Below are positions 29,313-43,280 of a DNA stretch of 64,000 nt, one piece after another. The stretch is from Eledone cirrhosa (Eukaryota). The notes beneath the pieces are model-generated. The model had not been told where the DNA came from and did no database searches. It saw only the letters and a program-made list of their open reading frames with translations. Location: positions 31,062,001 to 31,126,000 of the forward strand of contig OZ024759.1 in assembly GCA_964016885.1 (NCBI GenBank). The letters run 5' to 3'. Positions within the stretch are counted from its first letter, which is position 1. Each line of letters starts with the position of its first letter. The position numbers and the translations under genes are program-made.

Positions 29313-29379
<67 letters not shown>

Positions 29380-29764
29380 CGCTAAAATATTGATTTTTCG
29401 CTTTTACATATGAATTTTATTTTTTTTTTTTTTTTTTTTCATTTCATTTTATTTCTTTTTATTTTATTTTATTTTATTTCATTTTTTAGTACGAGCAATA
29501 GAATCATGAACTGTCTTTATAATTTACTTTGCATTTACGGTACATTTCCTACAATGCGTTGCTAGGTAACACAATAATTCGATTCTGGACTACGAAATAT
29601 GTTTCGAAATAAGTTATATTGAAAGTGACAATAATACAACAAGCTTTAAATATGATTAAGTAGAATACTAAGAGACGACGTGTGGACGTCGGATAGACAG
29701 ATTTAAAGTAGTATGGATGTTAGACAGAATGTGTTAAACTATACCTCCCTTTCATCCTTTCACA

Positions 29765-30230
29765 GTCGTCGTCGCCGTCGTCGTTTCCTTCTTCTTCTTC
29801 CTCGTCTTCTTCTTCTTTTTTGTCGTCGTCGTCGTCTTCTTCTTCTCCTTCTTCTTCCTCTCTTTCTTCTTTGCTTATTTATTCCCGGGAGAGTCACGAG
29901 GGTAGACAGAGTCCTCAAGCACGACATCTTTGGGGTCCTGTCAGAAGCAACTATCTCCAACAGTTCCGGCTGTATTCCCAAGCATGATCAGCCGAGCTCA
30001 TGGATGTTATCTAGATATCTTGCTCGGTGTCTGCACCTGGGTTTCCTGCCGGTTGGTTTTACCCATAAAATATCTCCAGTGATTCAGTCTTGAGACATTC
30101 TAACCAGATGTCCGTAGTATTGGAGCTGTGTTATCTCAATTCGAAAAACTAGTGGATCTAGCGGAAGCCCCTCTCTGATCTCCAGACTACACACTCTATT
30201 GAGTAACTTTACTCCAAAGACAATTCGGAA
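29765..30230 (-). mobile_element. RTE-clade LINE 3' fragment with a (GAA/GAC)n tail
   Basis: The minus strand encodes RIEITQLQYYGHLVRMSQD..GKTNRQETQ..WIISMSSA, homologous to 19450-19600. Confidence 0.7.
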
Positions 30231-30479
30231 TCGATAAATAAACTACCAGTCTATGTTTCTTTCTCGATGTTTCTTTCTCGCTTCTCCTCTAGGTCTCTTT
30301 CACACTTTCTCTGGAGAAGAGTAGCTGTATTCAGACTTCGATAGGGATATGCTCGGCTAGGTACAAATGTTCATGACACGTTGTATGCAAGGATAGCACC
30401 CCGTGTGTGTGTCAGCTCACACCTATGCAGGTTCAGCTGGCCTCCTCCAAGGTATATCTCGTTGCAGTTGTCTTGGGTA

Positions 30480-30656
30480 ATTTAATGATAGGGACTCCAG
30501 TCCTATCATCTCATTTCTAAAGCTGAGTAAACTGGAGCAACGTGAAATAAAGTGTCTTGCTCAAGGAAACAACACATCACCCGGTCCGAGAATTGAACTC
30601 ACAAGCTTTCGATTGCAAGCCCAATACTCTAACCAATAAGCCATGTGACTTCACAC
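30480..30656 (-). mobile_element. CORE-type tRNA SINE
   Basis: The minus strand reads TGGCTTATTGGTTAGAG..GAGTTCAATTCTC..TCCTTGAGCAAGACACTTTATTTCACGTTGCTCCAG. Confidence 0.72.
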
Positions 30657-30759
30657 CATCAGTACTTCACAGGGCATAGAGGGATAGAATGCCGTCAACA
30701 AACAAATATAGTCGACACGTTCTACCTTCTGATACCCTATATTTTAAATACAAATTTTG

Positions 30760-30910
30760 CAGTTGGGATCTAGGCGGATCAATTGGAGACAGTTGCATCT
30801 GACAGGACGGACCCTCTGGAAGATATGCTTGAGGACACTGCTCACCTACAGGGTTCTCCCAGAAATAAGTGAACATAGAAGAAGAAGGGGAAGAATAAAA
30901 GAAGACAGAA
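30760..30910 (+). mobile_element. RTE 3' end with a GAA-rich tail
   Basis: Homologous to 19575-19675 (GGATCAATTGGAGACAGTTGCATCTGACAGG..AATAAGTG..GAAGAAGAAG). Confidence 0.6.
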
Positions 30911-31439
30911 GATAGTCCACAGACATCATATGTCTGGGTCAATATATTTCTAGTAATATTTTAGAGAAAGGATATCATGTTGGGAATAATGTGTTCGATG
31001 TAAATTATTGTTACAAGTTCTAAATATAAGACCCGGTAGAATAATAAATGTGTTCGGGAGAAATTTATGATCAGTTTAATTCCTAATAAATGAGATAATT
31101 TTATTTTATTTCAAACACACTTGTTCATAATCACTAATTACCAGGTATTTCAGAGGGAATAGTGTTGAAAGAAATTTGTAATTTAATAAACGATTTTTAG
31201 AAGACGTAAGCAACTTTGAAAGAATAAGAATGTCAATAATTACTTTTTTTTCAGACGTATTATTTCTGCTGGAAATATAATTCGTTTACTTCGAGTTTAA
31301 ATGTAAGGAAAGAGTAAATTTTATTTATTTATTAGTGGATGGTCAGAATTACATTGAAGCCGCATAGACTAATGGTTAGGATGTTGTATCTACGATTGTA
31401 ATCTCAAAACCCTTTATTTCGTGTTGCTGCTGTACACTC

Positions 31440-31650
31440 AAGGTGGCGAATTGGCAGAGTCGTTAAGACATCGGATAGCATGCTTTACAGTGTTCGTCCC
31501 ACCTCATTGCCCGCTCTGAGTTCAAATCCCGCTGTTGTCAACTGTGCCTCCAATCGTTTCGAGGTCCATAAAAAAGGTCCAGTCCAGTACTGGGATCGAT
31601 TGTTCTTCTACAGAAAAAAATCGGCTGTGTTCAGACCTTGTGATAACCAT
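31440..31650 (+). mobile_element. Diverged Deu/Nin SINE
   Basis: GGTGGCGAATTGGCAGAGTCGTTA..GAGTTCAAATCCCGC. Confidence 0.65.
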
Positions 31651-31684
31651 TATTCAACAGCTAAGTTAGAACTTATATATGCTA

Positions 31685-31724
<40 letters not shown>

Positions 31725-31730
<6 letters not shown>

Positions 31731-31757
31731 ATATATATTTATCCTTATATATATCTA

Positions 31758-31805
<48 letters not shown>

Positions 31806-31870
31806 ATATATATTTATCCTTATCGAGCCCTCTTTGGATTTTAGTCTTCAAATTTATTATTATTACTATA

Positions 31871-31966
<96 letters not shown>

Positions 31967-32111
31967 CTTCAGAAGATCCGGTTAAGTGTGAAAGCAGCGA
32001 CTCTTTGCTTCAACTTTAATCTGTTATTTTATTAAATATTTACTCTATGGTTTTTATATATTTATCCTTATCGAGCCCTCTTCGGATTTTAGTCTTCACA
32101 TTTATTATCAT

Positions 32112-32117
<6 letters not shown>
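31725..32117 (+). mobile_element. Three tandem, progressively longer PLE pLTR pieces (family 'GAAGATCC') separated by (TA)n
   Basis: ATATATTTATCCTTAT[CGAGCCCTC..TTTAGTCTTCA] is repeated at ~31731, 31807 and 32056. It is the inverse of 21505-21672. Confidence 0.65.
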
Positions 32118-32159
<42 letters not shown>

Positions 32160-32214
32160 TATATGGTATATATATATATATATAGTATACATATATATAG
32201 TATATATATATGTA

Positions 32215-32288
<74 letters not shown>

Positions 32289-32743
32289 AGACTCACACAA
32301 TAATTCCTTTTTTTTTGTTGAGTGGTCGAAATGTATTCATATTCCACGTTTTTAATCGACCCATCTGATCCCAGGCGTTTTTGTAGACAATTAACCATTA
32401 CAAATTCTATTGAATCTTGCGTTTAATTTTCTTTCGCTTAATGCTTCAGTAACCAGAGTTAATCATAGCCTTCATGAAGAGATGCTGATGTTCACTACTT
32501 GAACAAGGACGTTTTTATACTTGATTAGGTTTCAGATCTTGTTGCCAAATGCCATAAATTTCTCAGGACTCCCCAACTTGTCAAGTACTATTTATCGTCA
32601 CAAATATTGCCAATAACATAACACAAACTTTTTCCAACAAAACTTATTTCTACAAATGATATTAACGTAACTAATGTATTCACATTGAATAAAATATTGA
32701 ACATCCGTCGAATACTTCCTAAATTCGCATACATATATACAAT

Positions 32744-32793
<50 letters not shown>

Positions 32794-32921
32794 GTTGAGC
32801 ACATTATTTACAGGTAATAACGACTTCTCAACATATTATATTTTAAAGGGCTCAGGATCTCTTCCCTTTTGAGCACATTATTTACAGGGAATAACGACGG
32901 CCTATGCCTCCGTTAATTTAT

Positions 32922-33001
<80 letters not shown>

Positions 33002-33203
33002 GGATATATATATATATATGTATATGTATATATATACGCACGCACACATACACACACACACATATATATATATGGCCGTAGTCGTGGGTCGAGGGTGTAT
33101 GATATAAACGTTAAAACAGGAGTTACATAATCATAATTATACGTATTTTTGTGACACCAGCATGGAACTATTTTGCAATTGTTACAATATATATACGCAC
33201 ACG

Positions 33204-33278
<75 letters not shown>

Positions 33279-33497
33279 TTTTAATATATATATATAAAAT
33301 TATATACATATGTATACATACATACCTAAACACATATATATAATGTAAATAATTCCTCGTCTCAAAAATATAGAACAGTATATAATTATATATACATATA
33401 TATTTATACATAGATATATATATATATGTATATATGTATATATATATAATTATATATACATATATATATATATATTTATATATATATATACATATAT

Positions 33498-33587
<90 letters not shown>

Positions 33588-33667
33588 GTTATACTTTGGG
33601 ACGCTCATGCTACCAATTAATATATATAACATTAGTATACATACATACATACAAACATACATACATA

Positions 33668-33902
33668 TTGCATCTAATAACTGCATATACACATGTACAG
33701 ATACGAAGCATATACACATGCACACATACAACTCAAAACATACACATCCACACATACAATAACATCCATATCTACACATGCATGCATACATAATCTATCT
33801 AGTTGATGTTGTGTAAATTCCAATGAGAGAGTCTTGTGTCTATGTTAGAAACCGACTCTCTCTCTATTGGTAAAAGTTTGTGATATTATAAATCCAGAAG
33901 AA
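33668..33902 (+). mobile_element. Short 5'-truncated copy (3' UTR only) of the adjacent R4/Dong-type LINE, in (CATA)n
   Basis: Near-identical to 34514-34752. Confidence 0.8.
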
Positions 33903-33944
33903 CATACATACTTACATACAAACATACATACATACATACATATC

Positions 33945-34752
33945 CATGTACATAATATGAAAGAGTACTGGTGGAATGTTCCAGTAAAAACCCCAATAAA
34001 ATGCAGGCATAACAGACCAGATATTATAATATGGGACAGGGAGAAGAAAGCATGCACAGTAGTGGAAATTAGCTGCCCAGCAGATGCCAATATAATTGTT
34101 TCTACTATTGGCACAAGGCCAGAAATTACCCAGTACATTACTGGTACTTTATTTTATCGACCCCGTAAGGATGAAAGGCAAAGTTAACCTCGGCGGGATT
34201 TGAACTCAGAATAGCAAGGGCCGTAACTCTATGCATCAAAGCATGGCGTCCGACCCTCTACCGATACTGCCAATCCACCACCAATATATCAAAGATTAGT
34301 GAAAAGGAGAATATTTATGCAGATACTCCACCCTGATTACACCTTCAGATTTATGCCTGTGATTATTGGGGCACTGGGATATGTTAGTAACTGCCTCAAT
34401 ACAAATCTTGAGAAGCTGGGCTTCACAGGAAGAGAAGGAACACAACTAGTTAGGAAATTACAAGTACAATCCATTAATGGAACAGTAAAAATATGTAAAA
34501 CATTCCAAAAATTTTGCATCTAATAACTGCATATACACATGTACAGATACAAAGCATATACACATGCACACATACAACTCAAAACATACACATCCACACA
34601 TACACTAACATTCATATCTACGCATGCATGCATACATACATATCTACCTAGTTGATGTTGTGTGAATTCCAATGAGAGAGTATTGTGTCTATGTTAGAAA
34701 TCGACTCTCTCTCTATTGGTAAAACTTTGTGAAATTATAAAACCAGAAGAAC
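33945..34752 (+). mobile_element. R4/Dong-type RLE-encoding non-LTR retrotransposon 3' end, interrupted by a SINE
   Basis: RLE motif HNRPDIIIWDREKKACTVVEISCP..EKE..PVIIGALG and C-terminus LQVQSINGTVKICKTFQKF*. Flanked by (CATA)n. Confidence 0.85.
34095..34280 (-). mobile_element. Deu/Nin SINE inserted into the RLE ORF, with an 8-bp TSD (CCAATATA)
   Basis: TSD at 34087-34094 and 34281-34288. Confidence 0.85.
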
Positions 34753-35879
34753 ATACATACATATACATATATATATACATATGTCTATTTTTCTGAATTT
34801 AATCACGAAATTTTGGGGCTATTAATGAAGTAAAGCAAAAGTATTAAAAACAAACAAAACAGATTTAATTCACGCTATTTATCTCCCATTTTCTATATTT
34901 ATTTATTGTCGTGAATTCATACTAATGCATAAAGGAATTGAACATAAATTATTCCCTGTTTCTACTTATGGTTGTGAGTGCTGCTGCTTATGTTGTTGTT
35001 GCTCGCATTGTTGTAGCTAATATATTTTTGCGTTAATGGTTTTACATTGTTTGCATGAATATTTATAATAGATTTTGAATTATATTTGGGTAAAAATAAC
35101 GACCGATTCCATAAATTCAGTTACTAATAATCGAACAGGAACATATTTTCAAAAATAGAACGTTCTACTTATTTGTTTTCATCAATATTTATGATTGTCT
35201 TCTAGACAATTGGACTTTTGCTGAATGAATTTCTGTGACTATTTTATTAAGTACAAAATTATATTTCGGTAGCAGGACTGGGAGGAATTTATATTGGCAG
35301 GTTTCATAGTAAGCTAATGTACCAACTTTTAAATGATGATTCAATGAAAATAATTATAGCGATACAATGTGGAAAATATTGTTGTAGAAATAGGATTTTT
35401 GCTTTTATTATTAGTTTAGAAAAAGCAATTTATATTCTAAACACATTGTGTTTGTTTTAAAATTTAGTGATCTATTTATTTTTTAATAAACATGATTTTA
35501 TTTATAAAATATTGAAACATCTTTCAGAATTATTTGAACACATAACCTTTAAGATTTAATTTCTGTCTAGAAATAGAAATCGGACCAAAGTTAAATTAAA
35601 ATAAGATTCTAGGTAGCATTTAATTGTTAATACCGTCTAGTATTTCAATTATTTGCTACAATATATGATATGCAGTCTCTCCGAGGTTTCTCAACTTGCT
35701 TTAGAAATAACTGCTTAATATGTGGTGTGGTAAATAAAAAGAGTAAAAACTCCCTTTGGTCACAAATGACCATGGGATTTGCACCTAGAAAGTTCTCCTC
35801 TGAGACTCTCCACAAGTCCGGGCAAGGTTGTTTGTAGAAGACCAGCAGTCGCCCATGTCTACCAGTCTATGGTCGATGT

Positions 35880-36065
35880 TAGTATTGGTAGAAGTATTTA
35901 ATCACGTCTTTTTAAGTTCTGAGTTCAAATTAAGCTGAGGTTAGCTTTGCGTTTCATCCTAATGGGGACGAATAAATAAAGTACCAGTAACATACTGGCA
36001 TCGATTTAAACGATTTCACCTTCCCTTCAAATTGCTGGCCTTGTGCCAAAAGTAAAAACAATTAT
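35880..36065 (+). mobile_element. Deu/Nin SINE
   Basis: GTTCTGAGTTCAAAT..TTTCATCCTAATGGGGACGAATAAATAAAGTACCAG..GCTGGCCTTGTGCC. Confidence 0.72.
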
Positions 36066-36079
36066 TTTTTTTTATTATT

Positions 36080-36558
36080 ATTATTTCATTTATCTTGCTT
36101 TATGTTCATACGAGTTATCACCAAATCACAACCAGTGACCTCAAGAGACAACAAGGTCTACCATGTTCAAGAACACACACACACACACACACATGTATCT
36201 TTAGCTGTTTAGACTTGTGATGTACATATATTGACAGAATCTTCCTTAGTATATGGGCAGTTCCCATTAGTACTATCTTTTGTATTTCTTCTATAGCATT
36301 ATTATTATTATTATCATTTTTATTTTCTTTCATTATTGTTTCTGAGATATATGCCGAGTGTCTTCCTGACACCTAGGGCAAATAAATTCATAGTGTGCAT
36401 TGGTAAGCCAGTTAATACAGCACATTGATTATAATTAAAAAAAAAAAATAGTATACATATATACACATGTGCCTATGCATATTTAAATACAAGGAGGGAT
36501 ATAAATCCTACAGAGATAGTGCTCTTCTCCAATACGTGTGCAGTACCAGTCAAAACAA

Positions 36559-36562
<4 letters not shown>
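36080..36562 (-). mobile_element. Two tandem Dong/R4 LINE 3' ends within (TAA)n
   Basis: IEEIQKIVLMGTAHILRKILS and KIVLTGTAHVLEK are the typical R4/Dong C-terminus. Each is bounded by TAA repeats. Confidence 0.8.
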
Positions 36563-36618
<56 letters not shown>

Positions 36619-37413
36619 AGTAGAAACAATTATTATTATTATTATTACTCTTACTCAACACGGCTGTTTTGTATATAATCAGCCGAAATCTCCCCAAACA
36701 ACGGCAACAGAGACAAGCAACGTGATCTGGTGAGATTACATTGATTACGTCAATTGTAACACAAGTTTTACAAAACGCCAGATGTCGACAACAAGAAACA
36801 ACATCAGCAACAGCATCAACAACAACAACAACATCAATAATAATAACAACAACAATCACAACAAACCTACGTGAATAACAGATGTCAGAATATGGACAGC
36901 ATCAGTAACATTGTCAGAAAAAAAAACCAAAAACGTAAACAAGAAAAAGTCAATGAACTATACTATATAATAAAATAATAAAAAAAACATAATAAAAACA
37001 AAACCTAACTCTAGAAAACAATAAAACAAATGATACGATCGAACATAAAATATCGAAGATGTTCATACTATTAATAATATAAAAATGTCAACAATGGCGT
37101 TATGTCTTGCAGTAATATCAGGTCTTATCTATAGTGATGTTACTTCAACATTTTTGAGAATATCACCTGCATAAACGACAGCTATCTTTGGCGTTGTATT
37201 GTGTATTAAAATTTGCTGCTTGACAGGTACATTAAAACATCAATTACTAATTTGCTTTTTATCAAGTTCCACTCAGAAGAGAAGTATATGGGTTAAGTAT
37301 ATGGGAAAGAACAGACATGACACTTGCAAAATGTACCGCGAGCAGAGTTATGACGGAATCAGAAACCAACCCCATGGGCACGAGATCAATTTCATATGAC
37401 AGCCATTCATATG

Positions 37414-37500
<87 letters not shown>

Positions 37501-37680
37501 AAAGATAACAAGGACGGTTGGTTACTCCTTCATTACATTTATTGGTTGGTGACGCGCGTTTCGCCACTGATCAGCTCAAGGTTCGATCTTACCCGACTCT
37601 GTAATCTGCAGCTCGACGGATCCCTTAAAATGGTAGTAGAAGAGAACTCGTCCATGGATCTCGGCAATTTTACCCGCCCT

Positions 37681-37729
<49 letters not shown>

Positions 37730-37764
37730 CCGTCATAAGACACACACGCACTTATACATATATG

Positions 37765-37947
37765 TGAAAAGATTCAGGACCCCGACGGCTGAGATCCGGC
37801 CGTTTCAACAGCTAGACCCGAACTAGCTGTTGAAACGGCCGGAGATCAGCCGTCGGGTCCTGAATTTTTTCATATTACCCACTCTACGACCCCAAGTATC
37901 GAGTACTCTGGTGAGTAGTGGTCTAACTGGTTTTTACCGCCTCCGAT

Positions 37948-37950
<3 letters not shown>
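37765..37950 (+). mobile_element. PLE pLTR family 'GTCGGGGTCC' with a fold-back palindrome at 37765-37872
   Basis: Apex AACAGCTAG-ACCCGAA-CTAGCTGTT. It ends in (TA)n. Confidence 0.72.
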
Positions 37951-38000
<50 letters not shown>

Positions 38001-38005
<5 letters not shown>

Positions 38006-38188
38006 AACCAGTAAGACACCGACGGCTGAGCTCAAGCCGTTTCGACGGCTAATTCCAGAATTAGCCGTCGAAACGGCTTGAGCTCAGCCGTCGGGGTCTT
38101 ACTGGTTACTATTACCCACTCTACTACCCCAAGTATTGAGTACTTTGGTGCGTTATGGTCCGCCTGGTTCCTTACCACATTTCCTTCG

Positions 38189-38190
<2 letters not shown>
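38001..38190 (+). mobile_element. PLE pLTR family 'GTCGGGGTCC' with a fold-back palindrome at 38001-38112
   Basis: Apex GACGGCTAATT-CCAG-AATTAGCCGTC, with (TA)n on both sides. Confidence 0.75.
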
Positions 38191-38267
<77 letters not shown>

Positions 38268-38407
38268 TATACACAATGAGAAAACCATGCATGGGAGAGC
38301 AAGCCCCATCAAACACATGGCTTTCCAACTTCGAATTCTCTATACCATATACAATGCTTCAAGTGAACTACAGATTCCTTCTTTCCTATATAAGTATATA
38401 TATGTCA

Positions 38408-38537
<130 letters not shown>

Positions 38538-38657
38538 AGGAAAAGCGAAGTAGTTTCAGACTCAACGTACTTTTCCTTATTCGATATTTACTCCGTCACT
38601 CCTATGTGGAAAAAGTACGTTGAGTGCTTGATTTGAATTGCATCAATGTTTACCCTA

Positions 38658-38692
<35 letters not shown>

Positions 38693-39171
38693 GAGAAAGT
38701 GAGATGGAATGGTAATGTGTGCAGTTTAAGAACAATTTCTAGTAATCCCAAATGAGAACCTAATTTTTTCACCTTGTATTCAAGGTATCGAAGCATAATC
38801 TGACCAACACATACCTAGACTATTTCAAACTAGTGAATACCTATTTGTTTAAATGCCAATCAAATTGATTCGTCTTTACATGATATTTATCCACTATCTT
38901 CCTTACCACCAAATCATTACTGTTGGCTTTCAGTATTATTTCTGAGACTGCATGAAATATTTCAATTTGTTAAGAATTTTCCTCCTGCACGATTCAGTAC
39001 ATGGATTATATAAAACTATCTGAATTATATGAAATAATATTTTATCAAAAATAATAAAAAAAATTTGTTACTAACGTTTAAATGTTTCTATTGCCTCGAG
39101 CAGCAGTAGAATTATATAAGTTTGTATAGAAATAATCGCACTAAGATGTTTGACAAATATATTCATACACT

Positions 39172-39241
<70 letters not shown>

Positions 39242-39322
39242 CTTATATATGTTGAAACAAAATGAAAACGAAATTTCATTTCTCACTCTTAGTATGGCAC
39301 TTACTTAAATGGCAGATGGGTA

Positions 39323-39367
39323 AACGGTGCTGATGATAGCTAACAAGCTTGAAACTAGTACATCGTT
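39323..39367 (+). ncRNA. Canonical minimal type-I hammerhead ribozyme in a PLE pLTR (39260-39620)
   Basis: AACGGTG-CTGATGA-TAGCT-AACA-AGCTT-GAAA-CTAG-TA-CATCGTT. A mutated copy lies at 48418-48461 on the minus strand. Confidence 0.82.
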
Positions 39368-39828
39368 CCTGTGTCAGTGTTGAACAAAAAGGTGACGTGG
39401 TTGCCTTAACACCGTATGGCATAAATTCAGGCTGTTCAGTTTGTTTACAAACGAACAAAGCGACGTTATAATAAGCGCCGCTAAACTGATACGTGCATAT
39501 ATGTATGTGTACCTGTATGCATATGTATGTATATATGTATATATATATATATATATATGTGCATGCTACTGTACGTCTGTATACATATATGTATGTACGT
39601 ATACATGCATACTTATACTTATATATGTATATATACTTATATATACTTATATATGTATATAAACTCATATATGTACATATATATATATATATATATACAT
39701 GCAAATATATATATGTACATATATACTTATATATATATGCTTATATATAAATACTTATATATATAGTGGTAGAACACTGGAAGGTAATATCCGTAGTGGT
39801 AGAGCACTCTGTCCAAGGGACGAGTTAG

Positions 39829-39924
39829 ATAGAAGTGGTTACACAACAGTTAGTTCACCATATCCGCTAAGGTGAAACAATTGTTCTCGGTATGGTGAAC
39901 TAACTGTTGTGTAACCACTTCTAT
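39829..39924. repeat. Perfect 34-bp inverted repeat whose loop holds an HHR 3' half (GAAA-CAATTG-TT); PLE-like, ends in (TA)n
   Basis: Arms at 39829-39862 and 39891-39924. Confidence 0.7.
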
Positions 39925-40449
39925 ATATATATATATATATATAAATGTATATATATGTGTGTGTGTGTTGAGAGAGAGAGGTAAAATGAAAACGTGTACA
40001 GTTTAGGAAAACTTTACAGTAATCCCGAAAGAGAACAAATTCCTTTCCATACGAAAATGGAATACCATGCCTGTATACACACATATAGGAACACGTGTAT
40101 AGAATCATACATACTAACAGAACAAAGACGTATACTAAGATCTGTGTGTGTATATATGTGTATATATATGTACATATGCCTGTTTGCTTCATGTAACAGT
40201 AAGTATTACCTGTGTGCATGATGGGAATTCCAAAAAGTTGATACCGTGGTTTACTCTTTTACCTGTTTCAGCCATCCGGCTGAGGCCATGCTGGGGCACC
40301 GAAATTATTATTAATTTGTTTGCCATATTTTCAACAATAATTGAATTGATGCAAAATTGTAATTTTTGTGTAAAACAAAACCAAATACCATCTTCAATGT
40401 TGAGGCTAAAACTTGTATTTCTTTGTAGTACATTCTTTTATACATAGAT

Positions 40450-40481
<32 letters not shown>

Positions 40482-40921
40482 GTGTATATATATATGTGTG
40501 TGTGTTGAGTGTATGTATACGTGTATATATATATATATGTATGGATGGATATGTGTATATATATGAGTGTGTGTATATATGTATATATATATATAAATAT
40601 ACGTATATATATATGTGTGTGTTTATATATATGTATGAGAGTGTGTTTATACATGTGTATATATATATATATAAATATATGTGTATGTGTGTGTGTATAT
40701 ATGTGCGTTTATATATATGTGTGTATAAACATATATAATTTTTCACCACTTGTTGAGCTTCATAAATACACAATGGCGAACAGCAATAGTTACATTGTAT
40801 TAGACTGTTTATGTCGATGTCTTTGCTGATGATGGTGTGCAGTTCTAGTTTAGATATACACCCATACTAATAATACTACCACTTATAATAACAACAACTA
40901 TAACACCAATAACAATATAAC

Positions 40922-41073
40922 AATTGTTTCTACGTTAGACACAAGGCCAACAATTACCCAGTACATTACTGGTACTTTATTTTATCGACCCCGTATGGAT
41001 GAAAGGCACACTTAACCTCGGCTGGATTTGAACTCAGTCCATAAAGGGACGTAACTCTGTGCTGCAAAGCATG
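40922..41073 (-). mobile_element. Deu/Nin SINE, head lost at the L1/Tx1 pair
   Basis: Family motif present. The sequence breaks at GCTGCAAAGCATG. Confidence 0.72.
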
Positions 41074-41076
41074 TTT

Positions 41077-41556
41077 GGGAGAGGGCACTTGCCCTGGTGG
41101 TCAGGGTTACCGTGGCTTTTTGTGGGCTTTCCCCACGAGTGTCCCTCGGAAGTCTCTCCCCTATTGGGGAATTTTCCCTTATTTCTTTATTTGTCATTTC
41201 CTTTGTTTTTTTCTTTACACGCAGAAATGCCCATTTGTACCGTCCTGTGCTGTCCTTAATGTTATACTGTATGTCAACCCTTGTGCTTAATAAAGAAAAC
41301 AACAACAACAATAATAATACTTTCTTTATTAACCACAAAGGTTTACATAAAGTAGACATTAAGGACACTACAGGACAATACAGGACGGTACAAATAGGCA
41401 TTTCTGCGTGTAAAAAAAACAAAAACAAAGGATGTAAGAAAAAAATAACAATGAAAAATTCCCCAATAAGGGGCAGACTTCCGAGGGACATTTGTGGAGA
41501 ATGCACATTAAAAGGCCACAGTGACCCTGACCACCAGGGCAAGTGCCCTCTCCCAG
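41077..41556. mobile_element. Tail-to-tail pair of diverged L1/Tx1-like 3' UTRs
   Basis: 41077-41300 (+) and 41320-41556 (-) both start TGGGAGAGGGCACTTGCCCTGGTGGTCAGGGT and end TTGTG(C/G)TTAATAAAGAAA, like 6560-6580. Confidence 0.6.
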
Positions 41557-41570
41557 TTTTCCACATTTAA

Positions 41571-41635
<65 letters not shown>

Positions 41636-41727
41636 GTCCTGAATATCTGAGGCTGCAGGTAGTGGCTTGATATTCATTTCAACAAACTTTCCAGTTAAAT
41701 AACATCAATGACTAAGACTCAAAGAAC

Positions 41728-41773
<46 letters not shown>

Positions 41774-41842
41774 TGTATTGTTGTTATTGCTATTATTATT
41801 ATTATTATTATTATTATTATCATAAAGCAAGATAAATGCAAC

Positions 41843-41927
<85 letters not shown>

Positions 41928-42561
41928 GCAATAACAACAATACTCATTATTATTATTGTTTTCTTCTATCGGTTTGTAGTTAATGAAGTATTTATATAAT
42001 ATGACTTGCTTTTAATTTAATATTCTTATAACATTGTATGTTTCACTGGTGGATGTTTGTTTGGCTTTTATTTCTTTGTTTGTGTTGGTTTGTTTTAAAA
42101 CATCTTTCCTGAATGTTACTATTTAACGCATATATATTCAAATTAAAATCTAATTTGAGACTTGTTCGATTCATCTGAGTTCGTTCAATACTTGTCATCG
42201 TTATATAAATTCTTTTCAAATCCCCAAGTGGTTTAAATGATGTTTTAGCTTTGAGAACATCTTAAAAGCTATTCAACATTATAGAATTATTGATTAAACA
42301 GTTTAAAGACAACCGAGGAATACAGATGTGTTGTTGCCAACCAAACAATGTTAGCACAGAGGAGCGGGGAATACAAGTTTCGCCATGAAGACGTAAAACT
42401 GCCAAAGTATGTATCTCTTGAGAATTTCCACATCAAACTGTTGAAAATCGTAGCGAGACGTAAAATATTTAAAATATTTAAATTAAAAATAAAGATAAAT
42501 GTAAAGCATAAATATCAATAAACATATATATGCATATTATATGTGTTTGTGTGTGTGTTTG

Positions 42562-42605
<44 letters not shown>

Positions 42606-42886
42606 CAAACACACACACAAACACATATAATACTTAATTATTTTACATTACTCCGGAGTAAACAAACCAACCTGCGTACATCGTCGAGTGCTCCAATCTG
42701 CATACTGAGGTGTCGGTAAACAACCAACATATACTCAAAATGTTATATATATATATATATTAATATACTTATGCACGAACTACTGACCAAATACTATTTG
42801 TTATCAATGGGTTAAAGACATTTGTCAAATCGTTTTACAGTGTGGGCTGAGTGGTTTCTTGCCGTGGCACCTCCACGACAACTTTG

Positions 42887-42932
<46 letters not shown>

Positions 42933-42987
42933 GTGAGGTTTTTTTTACAAAATGAAAAATAACCGAGGTGTCCTACACGAGTGAAAG

Positions 42988-43280
42988 TATAAAGAAAAAG
43001 AGATGAAATCGAAAATGCAACTGAAGTCTTATTTTTTTTTAAAATATATATATTTATTTGGTTCCTTTACCGGTTTCGCAGTTCTTCTGCTTTTCAAAAG
43101 GTGAGTTGAGATGGAGGGTCTGTGGTTTTTCTCACATCTGTGAGAAAAACCACAGACCCTCCATCTCAACTCACCTTTTGAAAAGCAGAAGAACTGCGAA
43201 ACCGGTAAAGGAACCAAATAAATATATATATTTTTTAAAAAAATAAGACTCCAGTTGCATTTTCGATTTCATCTCTTTTT

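Noticed and set aside
32400-32590. RT-like peptide VLDKLGSPEKF on the minus strand
   Set aside because: Too short and disrupted to assign confidently.
37113-37226. Exon-like segment with AG/GT ends and a hydrophobic translation
   Set aside because: The best frame contains an in-frame TAA.
43029-43246. Two near-identical 62-aa ORFs on opposite strands
   Set aside because: This follows trivially from the DNA palindrome.
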